Shown piece by piece: positions 1-10,337 of a stretch of 64,000 bases of DNA (positions are counted from its first letter, which is position 1; the number at the start of each line of letters is the position of its first letter). The DNA comes from an uncultured cyanobacterium (GTDB lineage: Bacteria > Cyanobacteriota > Cyanobacteriia > Pseudanabaenales > Pseudanabaenaceae). The position numbers were made by a program, and so were the translations under genes. The DNA is taken from positions 2,784,001 to 2,848,000 of the forward strand of contig OY969811.1 in NCBI GenBank assembly GCA_963703315.1, given 5' to 3'. The notes under the pieces are model-generated. The model saw only the letters and a list, made by a program, of their open reading frames with translations, did no database searches and was not told the origin of the DNA.

Positions 1-2337
1 GATGAATTATTTCAAATCTCTGTCGCCTTTGATCGCATGGCGGGCAAGATCCAAGAAAATGCCAATACCTTGCTTCGTCAAAATGCTGTACTACAAGCCC
101 AACTCGAAGCCTCCATTGATGGTATTTCGATTGTGGATGAAAATCGTAATATCGTCTCTTACAATCAACGCATTTGTGATCTCTGGCATATTCCTACAAA
201 CATTATTGAAACAGGGGACGATCGCCAATTTATGCAATGGGTATTGAGTAACTTAGTTGATCCTGAAATATTTTGCGCTAAAATTGAACATCTATATGAA
301 AACCCTGACAGCAGCAGTGTTGATGAAGTCTTACTGAAGGATGGACATATTTTTGACTGTTATTCAACCAGTGTGAAGTCATTGTCGGGAGATTTTTACT
401 ATGGCAGAATTTGGTATTTTCGGAATATTACCGATCGCCGCAAAGCCGAAAAATTAATTCAGCAGCAAGCGGAAAGAGAAAGGTTACTCAGGGAAATAAC
501 CCAAAGAATTCGGCAATCTCTAGATCTCGTCACAATCTTTAATACCGCCACCGAAGAAATTAGACAGTTTCTAAATGCTGATCGCGTGGGCGTATTGAAA
601 TTTGACCCTAAAACCAATAATACCCAAGGCGAATTTGTCTCCGAATCCTTAGTCGCTGGCATTAACTCAATAGTGGCAATTTCCATAGATGAACATTGCT
701 TTGGTGAAAAACATACGGTCTATTACCAAAATGGACAAATCCAAGCTTTAGATGATATTTATCAAGCAAATATCAAATCTTGTTATCGCGACCTCTTAGA
801 AGGTTTTCAAATTCGCGCTAATCTAGTCGTGCCATTACTAAATAGCGAATCTCTATGGGGACTGCTTTGTATCCATCAATGTCATGAACCAAGAACTTGG
901 CAGCAATCGGAAATTGAATTTGTCCAGCAAATTGCCAATCAACTGGCGATCGCTATTCAACAAGCTAATCTATTTGAGCAAATCCAGAAGGAACTAACCG
1001 AAAGACAACAAGCCGAGTTACGACTGACCGAAAGCAACCAACAACTTGCCATCTCTAACGAAGAACTTGCGCGTGCGACTCGCCTCAAAGATGAGTTTCT
1101 TGCCAATATGGTCACAAGCAATCAAAAGCTTGCCATCTCCAACGAGGAACTAGCTCGCGCTACCCGCCTGAAAGATGAATTTCTTGCCAACATGAGCCAT
1201 GAATTGCGGACTCCGCTCAATGCCATTTTGGGAATGTCGGAGGCAATGCAAGAGCAGGTCTTTGGCACAATTAATGAAGAACAAAAAGAGTCATTAGAAA
1301 CAATTGCCAGCAGTGGCACACATCTATTGGAATTGATTAACGACATTCTTGATGTTGCCAAAATTGAATCTGGACAAGTAGAAATGATCTGTTCGCACAC
1401 ATCCATCCAAGAACTCTGTCAATCTAGTTTGCCCTTTATCAAGCAGCAAGCATTACGAAAACGCATTCATCTTGAATTAAAAATAGCGCCCAATTTACCA
1501 GAACTATTTGTCGATGAACGCCGTATCCGCCAAGCTTTGATTAATCTGCTTAATAATGCGATTAAGTTCACTCCCGAAAGAGGACGGGTATCATTAGCGG
1601 TTAGCCTCCAGCAAAATCCAGCCACAGGTAAATCAAGTGAAATGACAAGCGAAATTAGATTTGCCATAACTGACACAGGAATTGGCATTTCTCCCGAAAA
1701 TCTCCAAAAATTGTTTCAACCCTTTGTACAAATAGATGGAGCGCTCAATCGTCAAAACACAGGCACTGGACTAGGGCTTGCCTTAGTTAAGAGCATTGTG
1801 GAGATGCATAACGGCACTGTGAATGTAACGAGTGAGGTGGGCGTAGGTAGTTGTTTTACGATCGCTCTTCCCTGTGAAAACATCGCCATTTCATCGCCTA
1901 TATCCGTCAATTCACCTGCAAGTTCTTTAGAGCCAGCTTCTAACAATGGTATTGCAGAAGGATTACCCACCCTATTACTCGCGGAAGATAATGAGGCAAA
2001 TAAACTGACCATCTCTCGATACCTCAAAGCCAAAGGTTACCAATTACTATTTGCAAAAGATGGTCAAGAAGCGATTGATATTGCTAGATCACTCCAACCT
2101 GATTTAATCCTGATGGATATTCAAATGCCAAATATTGATGGATTAGAGGCAATCAAAATTATTCGTAGAGATAAGGTTCCTAAACTCGCTAACATTCCCA
2201 TTATTGCCTTAACTGCCTTGGCGATGACAGGCGATCGCGAGAGATGTATAGATGCTGGTGCAAATGAATATTTAACTAAACCCATAAAACTCAATCAACT
2301 AACCACAACAATCAAACAAGTTTTAGCCTCAAAGTAA
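1..2337 (+). CDS. Hybrid sensor histidine kinase, 5'-partial (HAMP end-PAS-GAF[cyanobacteriochrome-like]-HisKA-HATPase-REC)
   Basis: Frame is open from base 1 (DELFQISVAFDRM, HAMP-like). H-box MSHELRTPLNAI, NLLNNAIKFT, DTGIGI, GTGLGL, C-terminal receiver (DLILMDIQMP...KPI). GAF has EHCF and CY motifs. Confidence 0.93.
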   Translation, partial: DELFQISVAFDRMAGKIQENANTLLRQNAVLQAQLEASIDGISIVDENRNIVSYNQRICDLWHIPTNIIETGDDRQFMQWVLSNLVDPEIFCAKIEHLYENPDSSSVDEVLLKDGHIFDCYSTSVKSLSGDFYYGRIWYFRNITDRRKAEKLIQQQAERERLLREITQRIRQSLDLVTIFNTATEEIRQFLNADRVGVLKFDPKTNNTQGEFVSESLVAGINSIVAISIDEHCFGEKHTVYYQNGQIQALDDIYQANIKSCYRDLLEGFQIRANLVVPLLNSESLWGLLCIHQCHEPRTWQQSEIEFVQQIANQLAIAIQQANLFEQIQKELTERQQAELRLTESNQQLAISNEELARATRLKDEFLANMVTSNQKLAISNEELARATRLKDEFLANMSHELRTPLNAILGMSEAMQEQVFGTINEEQKESLETIASSGTHLLELINDILDVAKIESGQVEMICSHTSIQELCQSSLPFIKQQALRKRIHLELKIAPNLPELFVDERRIRQALINLLNNAIKFTPERGRVSLAVSLQQNPATGKSSEMTSEIRFAITDTGIGISPENLQKLFQPFVQIDGALNRQNTGTGLGLALVKSIVEMHNGTVNVTSEVGVGSCFTIALPCENIAISSPISVNSPASSLEPASNNGIAEGLPTLLLAEDNEANKLTISRYLKAKGYQLLFAKDGQEAIDIARSLQPDLILMDIQMPNIDGLEAIKIIRRDKVPKLANIPIIALTALAMTGDRERCIDAGANEYLTKPIKLNQLTTTIKQVLASK

Positions 2338-2342
2338 TAATC

Positions 2343-4160
2343 ATGAATAACCAATCCATTCTTATCGTTGATGATGAGCCGCGTAACTTTGATGTTATAG
2401 AAGCACTCCTGAATGAGTATGACTATGAATTAAATTATGCATCTAGTGGACAGGAGGCGCTCGAATCCCTAGAAATATTAGACATAGATTTGATTTTACT
2501 GGATGTAATGATGCCAGACATGGATGGAATTGAAGTTTGCGAACGCATCAAAGCGATCGCTAAATATAGACCGATCCCCATCATCATGGTCACATCCCTG
2601 ACCGCCAAAGAAGATCTTGCTCAGTGCTTAAATGCGGGTGCGACTGACTTTATTAGCAAGCCTGTTAACCCTCTGGAATTGAGGGCTAGGGTGCAATCAA
2701 TGTTGAGAATGAAACATCAATACAATGCTTTGCAAATATCCCTCGATCGCCAGTCCGTGTTAGAGGCAGAAAAGAGAGAGTTACTAGAAGATCGCAATGT
2801 GGAACTAGAGCGGCAAGTGTCAGAGCGGACTGCTGCCCTCAAAGCGGCTTCAGAAGTGATTACTCACAATGCCTTCCACGATGCTCTCACAGATTTACCA
2901 AATCGACGGCTGTTGTTACAACGGATTGAGTTAGCAATTCAGCGATCGCATCAATTAGATTCCTATGGTTACGCAATTTTGTTTCTAGATTTAGATCAAT
3001 TTAAGGTCGTTAATGATAGTTTGGGGCATATCGTTGGCGATCAATTGCTAATTAGCATCTCTCAGAAGTTAAAAGCTCATTTAGAGAATGTTTATTTCGT
3101 AGCTCGATTTGGCGGTGACGAGTTTGTAATTTTATTGGAGTATATTGCCAATATTGATGAAGTAATTAAGATTACAGAACAGATTTTGCATGATTTTCAA
3201 CTGCCATTAATTTGGAATGGTGGTGAAATATTTATTAATGTCAGTATTGGCATCGTCTTAGGAAACACAGATTATCATCAAGCCGCCGATCTGCTCCGTA
3301 ATGCCGATCTTGCCATGTACAAAGCCAAAGCACAGGGACGAAACACCTACAAGATTTTTGATGTCCAAATGCATAATCAGGCGATTAAACGACTGATCCT
3401 CGAAACCGATCTGCGTAATGCGATCGATCGCCAAGAGTTTATGGTCTATTATCAGCCAGTTATCAACATCCTTGATGGCGATCGCTTAATTGGTTTTGAA
3501 GCTCTAGTCCGTTGGCGACACCCGACTCAAGGTATGGTTTCTCCGATGGATTTTGTGGCGATCGCCGAAGAAACAGGATTAATTGTCGCTCTTGATAGTT
3601 GGGTATTTCATGAAGCTTGTAAGCAACTCGTCAAATGGAAAGTAAAATTTGCGAGTTGTCCCACTCTCAAAATGAGTATTAATCTATCGGCTCAAGATAT
3701 TCGTAACCCCAACTTACTGAAAGACATTGATCGCGTATTGGCGGAAACTGGGCTAGATGGTAAATCGATCACTTTAGAAATTACTGAGAGTATGTTAATT
3801 GCAGATATTAACCAAACAATCGATCTACTCACTCAAATTAAAGCCAGAAATATCCAAGTTAGTATTGATGACTTTGGCACTGGCTATTCATCGCTAAATT
3901 ATATCCATCGTTTACCTGCGGATTACTTGAAAATTGATCGCTCCTTTGTCAATCAAATCCAAGAAGCAAGCCGTAATTACCAAATCGTGCGTACGATCAT
4001 CGCTTTGAGTAATCAACTAGAATTAGCCGTTATTGCTGAAGGTATCGAAACATCGGAGCAACTTCAAATCCTGCGGGACTTAGAATGTGAATTCGGGCAA
4101 GGTTATTTATTTTCTAAGCCCTTATCTGTTGAAGAAATCGAAGCAAAATTTATTCTCTAG
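2343..4160 (+). CDS. Response regulator REC-GGDEF-EAL diguanylate cyclase/phosphodiesterase
   Basis: N-terminal REC (ILIVDD...DVMMP), RFGGDEF, EALVRW and DDFGTGYSSL motifs. Confidence 0.95.
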   Translation: MNNQSILIVDDEPRNFDVIEALLNEYDYELNYASSGQEALESLEILDIDLILLDVMMPDMDGIEVCERIKAIAKYRPIPIIMVTSLTAKEDLAQCLNAGATDFISKPVNPLELRARVQSMLRMKHQYNALQISLDRQSVLEAEKRELLEDRNVELERQVSERTAALKAASEVITHNAFHDALTDLPNRRLLLQRIELAIQRSHQLDSYGYAILFLDLDQFKVVNDSLGHIVGDQLLISISQKLKAHLENVYFVARFGGDEFVILLEYIANIDEVIKITEQILHDFQLPLIWNGGEIFINVSIGIVLGNTDYHQAADLLRNADLAMYKAKAQGRNTYKIFDVQMHNQAIKRLILETDLRNAIDRQEFMVYYQPVINILDGDRLIGFEALVRWRHPTQGMVSPMDFVAIAEETGLIVALDSWVFHEACKQLVKWKVKFASCPTLKMSINLSAQDIRNPNLLKDIDRVLAETGLDGKSITLEITESMLIADINQTIDLLTQIKARNIQVSIDDFGTGYSSLNYIHRLPADYLKIDRSFVNQIQEASRNYQIVRTIIALSNQLELAVIAEGIETSEQLQILRDLECEFGQGYLFSKPLSVEEIEAKFIL

Positions 4161-4163
4161 AAA

Positions 4164-4634
4164 TTATTCTCTAGAAGCGCGATCGGGCAATTCCACAATT
4201 TCAAACCAGTAAGTCCCAATCATTTTCATGATTTGCACCATCGAATCAAAGACGACAGGCTTAGCAATAAATGAACTTACACCGAGATCGTAGGTACGGA
4301 GAATATCCTCTTCGGCTTTAGAAGTCGTAAGTACGACAATGGGAATTTTGCGAAGATTGGGATCTTCCTTAATTTCTTTGAGGGCTTCGCGTCCGTCTTT
4401 GCGGGGCATATTTAAGTCGAGCAAGATCAAGCTAGGGCGCGGCGCACTTTTAGGGTCGCTATAGTTGCCACGTTGTAAGAGATAATCCATCAACTCTTCG
4501 CCATCTTCAACAAAATGTAGATCGTTAGCAAGGCGATTTTCTTCTAGAGCCTCTTGCATCAATAGGCGATCGTCTTCATCATCTTCCGCCACTAAAATCG
4601 TAATACTTTTTCCTTTAATGGGCATCGTGAGCAT
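4164..4634 (-). CDS. Single-domain response regulator (Rcp1-like)
   Basis: ILVAEDDEDD, LILLDLNMPRKDG, C-terminal YWFEIVELP. ATG at 4634 follows an AAGGAG RBS and overlaps the end of the upstream kinase. Confidence 0.92.
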   Translation of the reverse strand: MLTMPIKGKSITILVAEDDEDDRLLMQEALEENRLANDLHFVEDGEELMDYLLQRGNYSDPKSAPRPSLILLDLNMPRKDGREALKEIKEDPNLRKIPIVVLTTSKAEEDILRTYDLGVSSFIAKPVVFDSMVQIMKMIGTYWFEIVELPDRASRE

Positions 4635-7425
4635 CTCCTTGGGCTTGATGAATGGGCATGGTGAAAATAAAAGTCGCGCCTTGATTTGGTTCGCTTTCAG
4701 CAACTAACGATCCGCCATGACGTTCTGCTATTTTACGACAGATTGCTAGACCAATACCTGTACCTTCGTAGGTTCCGCGTCCGTGCAGACGTTGGAAGAT
4801 CTGGAAAATGCGATCGGTATATTTCTGCTCAAAGCCAATACCATTATCGATGACACGGATTTCACAACATTCTTCGCCGAGTTTAGTAAACATCCGCGAT
4901 CGCACCTGTACTAATGGCGCAACCCCTTCTTGGCGAAACTTGAGCGCATTACCGATTAAATTTTGTAAAATTTGCCGCATTTGCATCGCATCCGCATCAA
5001 TCACTGGTAGGCGATCGCGTTCCACCGTAGCCCTAGTTTGCTCGATCCGAATCTCTAAATCCGAGAGAACACCATCTAAAATTTCCGATAAATCAACTGG
5101 TGCAAAGGGCTTGGCTTGGGTAGTGACACGGGAAAAAGATAGTAGATCGTTGATTAAGACCTGAGCGCGTCCCGCCGCATTTAGCATTCTTTCGAGATAG
5201 TCCTGCCCTTTTTCGTTCAATCCATCGTTGCAAGTTGATTTGAGGCGATCGCCAAAAGCCTGAATTTTTCGCAACGGCTCCTGCAAATCATGGGAAGCAA
5301 CATAGGCAAAATCTAGTAATTCGCGATTGCTAACCTCTAATCTTTCCGTTAAAATATTCAACTTTTGGACGGCAATACGCCTCTCTTCAATCTCCAATTT
5401 AAGATTGCGTTCCATCTCTTTACGGGTTGTGATTTCGTTCTCGATCGCAATGTAATGTTGGAGATTACCATCATCATCAAACACAGGATTGATCTGTAAC
5501 AATAACCAATAGGATCTACCATCCTTGCGATAATTCAAAATTTCACCGCTAAAGGGTTCTTGTCTTGCTAAGGCATAGCGAATTTCGGCAACGGTTTCTT
5601 TAGAAGTTTTCGCACCCTGCAAAACGTCCCCTGGTTTCTTACCAATTACTTCCGCTAATGTGTACCCCGTGATGCGATAGAAACTGTCATTCACCCATTC
5701 AATCCGTCCCTGTGGGTCAGAAATAATCACCACATTATCGGTTTTGCTAGCAATCAATGACAGTTTTTGCAACTCAGTCTCGGCGGCTTTGCGATCGGTG
5801 ATATCCTTCCGAATTGCAAGGTATTGATAGGGTTTGCCATCTTCATTTACAAATGGCACGATCGTCGTATCGACCCAATAGAAAGAACCATCCTTAGCCA
5901 GATTTTTAATCTGCGCTCGCCATGTTTGTCCGCTAGCGATCGCCTTCCACATCTCCGTAAAAAACTGACGCGGATGATATCCAGAATTGAGAATCCGATG
6001 ATTTTGTCCGATCAACTCTTCTCGGCTATATTTAGAAATTTCGCAGAATTTATCATTCGCAAAGATAATCGTGCCTTGAATATCCGTAATCGCCACAATC
6101 GCCGTTTTGTTTAACGCATCAGTAATATCGAAAGATTGTTTTTCGGCTAGCCTTTGAGCGCTGATGTCTTTGGCAATCCCCATAAATCCTTTAAGCTCAT
6201 CGTTCTCGGTGCGAATGGCGGTAATCGTTAACAGCACTGGAAATTGAGAGCCATCCTTACGGATATAAGTCCATTCCTCTTCATCTACCTGTCCTAACTT
6301 GGCTTTGGCAACAAACACTTCAAAACTAGGTTCAATCGGTTGTTGGAGTTCCTGCGATAATATTTGGGCGCGAGTGACGATTTCTTCATCCACATGAAAG
6401 ATTGCAGGGCTAGTTTTTCCCACCACCTCCGAAGATTTGTACCCCAACATCGATTCGGCTGCCGCATTAAAAGATTGGATTGTCCCCTCTAAGTCAGTGG
6501 AAATAATCGAAAAATTAGCATTGTCGAGAATTGCCTTTTGCAACATCGAAAGATTATTCAACTGCTCTTGAGATGCTTTAAGGGCGGTAATATCACGCAC
6601 AATTTTAGACGCACCCAAGACTTCTCCAGTTTTGCTCACCAAAGGAGAAATGGTCACAGAGACTTCGCGGCGACTACCATCTTTATGTAATCTAACTGTT
6701 TCAAAATGTTCTACTTTTTCTTGATGCTTGAGCCTCTCGACAATTAAGTTCTCTTCTGTTAAGTGATCGGGCGGAATCAGTGTGGAAATTGATTTTCCCA
6801 CTATTTCATTAGCGGAATAGCCAAATAACTGAGTTGCGGCAGGGTTCCAACTGGTGATGATGCCATCTAAATTTTTAGTGATAATCGCGTCATTAGAGGA
6901 CTCAACGACGGAGTTTAATAGGCGCGATAATTGCTCATTTCTTCTTAGCTCTAGCTGACTAATGACTAGACGACTGATGGATTCTAATTGGTTAATTTGC
7001 TGCGGTGTCAGATTCCTAGGCTGGCGATCGATTACACACAAAGATCCTAAAGTATACTGATCGGGGGTTATTAAAGGAACTCCAGCATAAAAACGAATAC
7101 TTGGAGCATCGATCACTAATGGATTATCAGCAAAACGCCAATCTTTAGTCATATCGGGAACATTCAAGATCGCATCGTCAAAAACAACATGAGCGCATAA
7201 GGAAACTTCGCGAGGTGTTTCCGTTGCGTCAAGTCCGACATTGGATTTAAACCATTGCCGATCGCGATCAACGAAAGAGATTAAGGCGATCGGCGTTCCA
7301 CAAATATCCGCAGCCAGTTGGGTCAGGTCGTCATACACTTGTTCTGGCAAGGTATCGAGAATCTGATAGCGATCTAATGCGGCTTGGCGATCGCTTTCAT
7401 TGGTGGGGATTTTAGGTTTCTGCAT
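4615..7425 (-). CDS. GAF + multi-PAS sensor histidine kinase (Cph1/BphP-type kinase core)
   Basis: N-terminal GAF (IRFYAGVPL), about four PAS/PAC repeats, ASHDLQEPLRKI H-box, NLIGNALKF, GTGIGLAI. Confidence 0.93.
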   Translation of the reverse strand: MQKPKIPTNESDRQAALDRYQILDTLPEQVYDDLTQLAADICGTPIALISFVDRDRQWFKSNVGLDATETPREVSLCAHVVFDDAILNVPDMTKDWRFADNPLVIDAPSIRFYAGVPLITPDQYTLGSLCVIDRQPRNLTPQQINQLESISRLVISQLELRRNEQLSRLLNSVVESSNDAIITKNLDGIITSWNPAATQLFGYSANEIVGKSISTLIPPDHLTEENLIVERLKHQEKVEHFETVRLHKDGSRREVSVTISPLVSKTGEVLGASKIVRDITALKASQEQLNNLSMLQKAILDNANFSIISTDLEGTIQSFNAAAESMLGYKSSEVVGKTSPAIFHVDEEIVTRAQILSQELQQPIEPSFEVFVAKAKLGQVDEEEWTYIRKDGSQFPVLLTITAIRTENDELKGFMGIAKDISAQRLAEKQSFDITDALNKTAIVAITDIQGTIIFANDKFCEISKYSREELIGQNHRILNSGYHPRQFFTEMWKAIASGQTWRAQIKNLAKDGSFYWVDTTIVPFVNEDGKPYQYLAIRKDITDRKAAETELQKLSLIASKTDNVVIISDPQGRIEWVNDSFYRITGYTLAEVIGKKPGDVLQGAKTSKETVAEIRYALARQEPFSGEILNYRKDGRSYWLLLQINPVFDDDGNLQHYIAIENEITTRKEMERNLKLEIEERRIAVQKLNILTERLEVSNRELLDFAYVASHDLQEPLRKIQAFGDRLKSTCNDGLNEKGQDYLERMLNAAGRAQVLINDLLSFSRVTTQAKPFAPVDLSEILDGVLSDLEIRIEQTRATVERDRLPVIDADAMQMRQILQNLIGNALKFRQEGVAPLVQVRSRMFTKLGEECCEIRVIDNGIGFEQKYTDRIFQIFQRLHGRGTYEGTGIGLAICRKIAERHGGSLVAESEPNQGATFIFTMPIHQAQGDAHDAH

Positions 7426-7602
7426 TAGTTTTAGGCGATCGCCACATCATTACTATTCTTCCCAGTCGAAGAAAAAATGTGCTTTTAGATTTTTGATGTC
7501 TACTCTAAGTTCATCAAAATATAAGCTTCTGCTCAATTATACCTTTTAGTAGTCTAAGCTAAGATTTGGATCTGGCTCACTTAGTTGAAAATATAAGCAG
7601 TC

Positions 7603-8052
7603 ATGGCAAAAACAACATGGGATAATTTGGTGTTTGAGTCGCCATATCTAGCAGTGGTGACAGCAAAGTAATTGTTGTAAGAAGGACAAATGACTGAAGC
7701 CTACAGCCTTTTGGAGAGTTTAGAAGAGTCAATGGGGCGATCGAAAAGAAGGGGTGTGAGTAGTCAGCTAACTCGATTGATGTTGGATATCATCAAGTGG
7801 AAATGCCAACCTGAGAAACGTAGTGCGAGTTGGGTGATTTCAATTCGTTCGGCGCGGCGTGAGATTGCGGAAAGTCAAGAGGAGATGCCAAGTCTGAATC
7901 GAGATTTTTTAAATTCGATTTGGGATAAGTGCTTTGCGGCGGCGAAACAGGATGCGAGGGATGAGATGGGTAAAAAAGCCGAAATTACGGTGCTAAGTTG
8001 GGATGAGGTTTTTGAGCAAAAATATACAATTTGGGAAGATGATGATTTATGA
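7603..8052 (+). pseudogene. DUF29-family protein gene with two in-frame ochre stops near the 5' end
   Basis: ATG 7603 is in frame with ORF 7690-8052 but is interrupted by TAA at 7669 and 7678. The downstream part has DUF29-type LMLDIIKWKCQPEKRSASWVISI...PSL. Confidence 0.65.
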
Positions 8053-8167
8053 TATTTATTAGATTTTAAATTGAAATTAGCTTTTTAGGAGATTTTTTCT
8101 CGCAAAAGTCTTTTTTGCTGACTGATTAAGCTAGAATCAAACAATAAATCTATATGAATTAAAAATC

Positions 8168-9583
8168 ATGTTAATTCAATTCACTATACAAAACTTTTTG
8201 TCCTTCAGAGATGAAGTAACTTTTAGTATGGTGGCAGTGAATAGCGACAGTCAACATATCGATCATCTCGCACAGAATGAAGCAGGAGAAGGTCGAGCCG
8301 TGTTGCCAGTTGCCGCAATTTATGGAGCTAATGCAGCAGGGAAATCAAATCTCATAAAGGCTATAAGTTTTGTGAAAAACTTAGTTGTAAAGGGGACTCG
8401 AAGTGGTCAAACTATTCCTGTTTCTACATTTAAATTGGGTAATTATAGTAGCCAACCCAGTAAGTTTGAACTTATTTTTACCTATGAAGGGAACCAGTAC
8501 TCTTACGGGTTTAAACTAGATAAAGAACAGATTTTTGAGGAATGGCTCTATGGAATTCCTAAAAACAAAAAGAAAGAAGTGATGTATTTTGAAAGAATTA
8601 CTTCAACCAAGAAAGAAAGCACTATTGAATATGGTGCAATACTCAAAGGGAGAAGTGAAAAACATCAATTACGCCTAGCATTTATTGCTGAGGGAACTCG
8701 CCACAATCAGCTTTTTCTGACGGAAGCAGTTGAGCGAAATATCCAAGTACTTGTACCGATTGCAACTTGGTTTAGAAATGTATTAACTATAATTTCAGCA
8801 GAAGCAAATTATATAGGATTAGAGACTCGTCTGCATAGTGACGAAGCTTTTACCGACTTCTTAAGTAAGTTTCTTCAGTTTGCAGGCACAGGGATTGATT
8901 CAATAGCAACAGAAAAGGTTGAACTAAATTTTGATCGACACTTTCCGTCTATGCCTAAATCTATGAGAGAAGAAATTCAAGAAAAATTTGAAGAATTAGA
9001 TAAGAATTCATCAGGAATTATTGAAACCAATCAAGGTGGGCGACTGATTGTGTCTAAAACTCCAGAAAATCTAGTAAGTGTAACTGAACTAAGAACTAGA
9101 CATCTTGATGAAAATGGCAATCTTGTAGACTTTTCTTTAGAAGAAGAGTCAGAGGGAACTCAACGTTTGATTAATCTTCTACCAGCTCTTTTTCTCTTAA
9201 AACAAGACTTGGAAAAAGTTGTTTTCTTGGATGAACTAGATAGACGTTTGCATCCTCAACTTTCTAGACGCTTTGTAGAAGCAGAAATAGGCTGTAGGAA
9301 TAAAAGTAATCAGCTTATTTTTACAACCCATGATACCAATTTGCTTGATTTGGATTTATTACGCCGTGATGAAATTTGGTTTATTGAAAAAAATCAACAA
9401 GGTTCATCTAGCTGTTACTCTTTAGCAGAGTTTAAAATCAGACCCGATCTTAAAATTGAGAAGGGATACCTAAATGGTCGTTTTGGAGCTTTACCATTTT
9501 TTGGAGATATCCAAAATCTAGGATGGCTTAGCTGCGAATCCAATTTATCTAGCGAAATTAGCGGAAAGCCATCAGATGAGTAA
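8168..9583 (+). CDS. RloA/AbiLi-like AAA_21 ABC-type ATPase
   Basis: MLIQFTIQNFLSF start, Walker A GANAAGKSN, ESEGTQRL signature, LDELDRRLHP, IFTTHD, LLRRDEIWF, YLNGRFGALP. Confidence 0.88.
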   Translation: MLIQFTIQNFLSFRDEVTFSMVAVNSDSQHIDHLAQNEAGEGRAVLPVAAIYGANAAGKSNLIKAISFVKNLVVKGTRSGQTIPVSTFKLGNYSSQPSKFELIFTYEGNQYSYGFKLDKEQIFEEWLYGIPKNKKKEVMYFERITSTKKESTIEYGAILKGRSEKHQLRLAFIAEGTRHNQLFLTEAVERNIQVLVPIATWFRNVLTIISAEANYIGLETRLHSDEAFTDFLSKFLQFAGTGIDSIATEKVELNFDRHFPSMPKSMREEIQEKFEELDKNSSGIIETNQGGRLIVSKTPENLVSVTELRTRHLDENGNLVDFSLEEESEGTQRLINLLPALFLLKQDLEKVVFLDELDRRLHPQLSRRFVEAEIGCRNKSNQLIFTTHDTNLLDLDLLRRDEIWFIEKNQQGSSSCYSLAEFKIRPDLKIEKGYLNGRFGALPFFGDIQNLGWLSCESNLSSEISGKPSDE

Positions 9584-10175
9584 GATTAACCGAACTAGGC
9601 TATTAGATCGCCCGCATGATTTTAGAAGCTCTAAATTATTTGTAATCGCAACCGAGGGAGAAAAAACGGAAGAGCAATATTTTCGATTATTTCATAGTAG
9701 TCAAATTAGGATAAGAATCTTACCTACTGGAGAAGATGGCAGATCATCACCACAACATGTGATCGAGAGATTGAATGCTTTCAAGCAGGAAGATGGGATA
9801 GACGAAAATGATATGCTCTGGCTTGTTGTTGATGTAGATCGTTGGCATAGATTAAAATCAGTTTGTGCTGAAGCCAAGGAGAAAGGTTATTATCTAGCTG
9901 TCAGCAACCGATGTTTTGAAGTTTGGCTGTGTCTACACTTTCAAGATTTATTGCCTGAAGATAAAACTTGTGATGACTTCAAGAAGAGATTGAGAACTAT
10001 TTTAGGTAGTTACAACAGTAGCAATTTAGATCTATCTAAGTACAAGCCTTATATTCAAGATGCTATTAGTCGAGCAAAAAAGCTAGATATAAACCCGAAT
10101 GAAGACTTTCCATCAACATTAGGAACTCATGTCTACAAGTTAGTTGAGAGTATTCAGGAGAGTTTAAGAAATTAG
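9576..10175 (+). CDS. RloB/AbiLii-like TOPRIM-fold protein
   Basis: IATEGEKTEEQYF, WLVVDVD and SNRCFEVWLCLHF motifs. Overlaps the ATPase stop by 8 nt. Confidence 0.88.
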   Translation: MSKINRTRLLDRPHDFRSSKLFVIATEGEKTEEQYFRLFHSSQIRIRILPTGEDGRSSPQHVIERLNAFKQEDGIDENDMLWLVVDVDRWHRLKSVCAEAKEKGYYLAVSNRCFEVWLCLHFQDLLPEDKTCDDFKKRLRTILGSYNSSNLDLSKYKPYIQDAISRAKKLDINPNEDFPSTLGTHVYKLVESIQESLRN

Positions 10176-10337
10176 ATATTTTTTACATAATCGCCAGAGC
10201 AAAAGATCTTGATAACTTAGCTAAACAAAACAAATTGCCTGAATATGCAAACCCTTGCTGTAGTGGGATATTGCAATTAGTCGAGATGATGTTGAAATTG
10301 GGCGATCGCTCTTAGCTCCATCAAAATTATCAGGTAT

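Noticed and set aside
459..6114. Short antisense ORFs within the signalling genes (459-686, 1122-1406, 1467-1688, 1752-2033, 4808-5164, 5767-6114)
   Set aside because: They are fully nested opposite well-supported genes and have no recognisable motifs.
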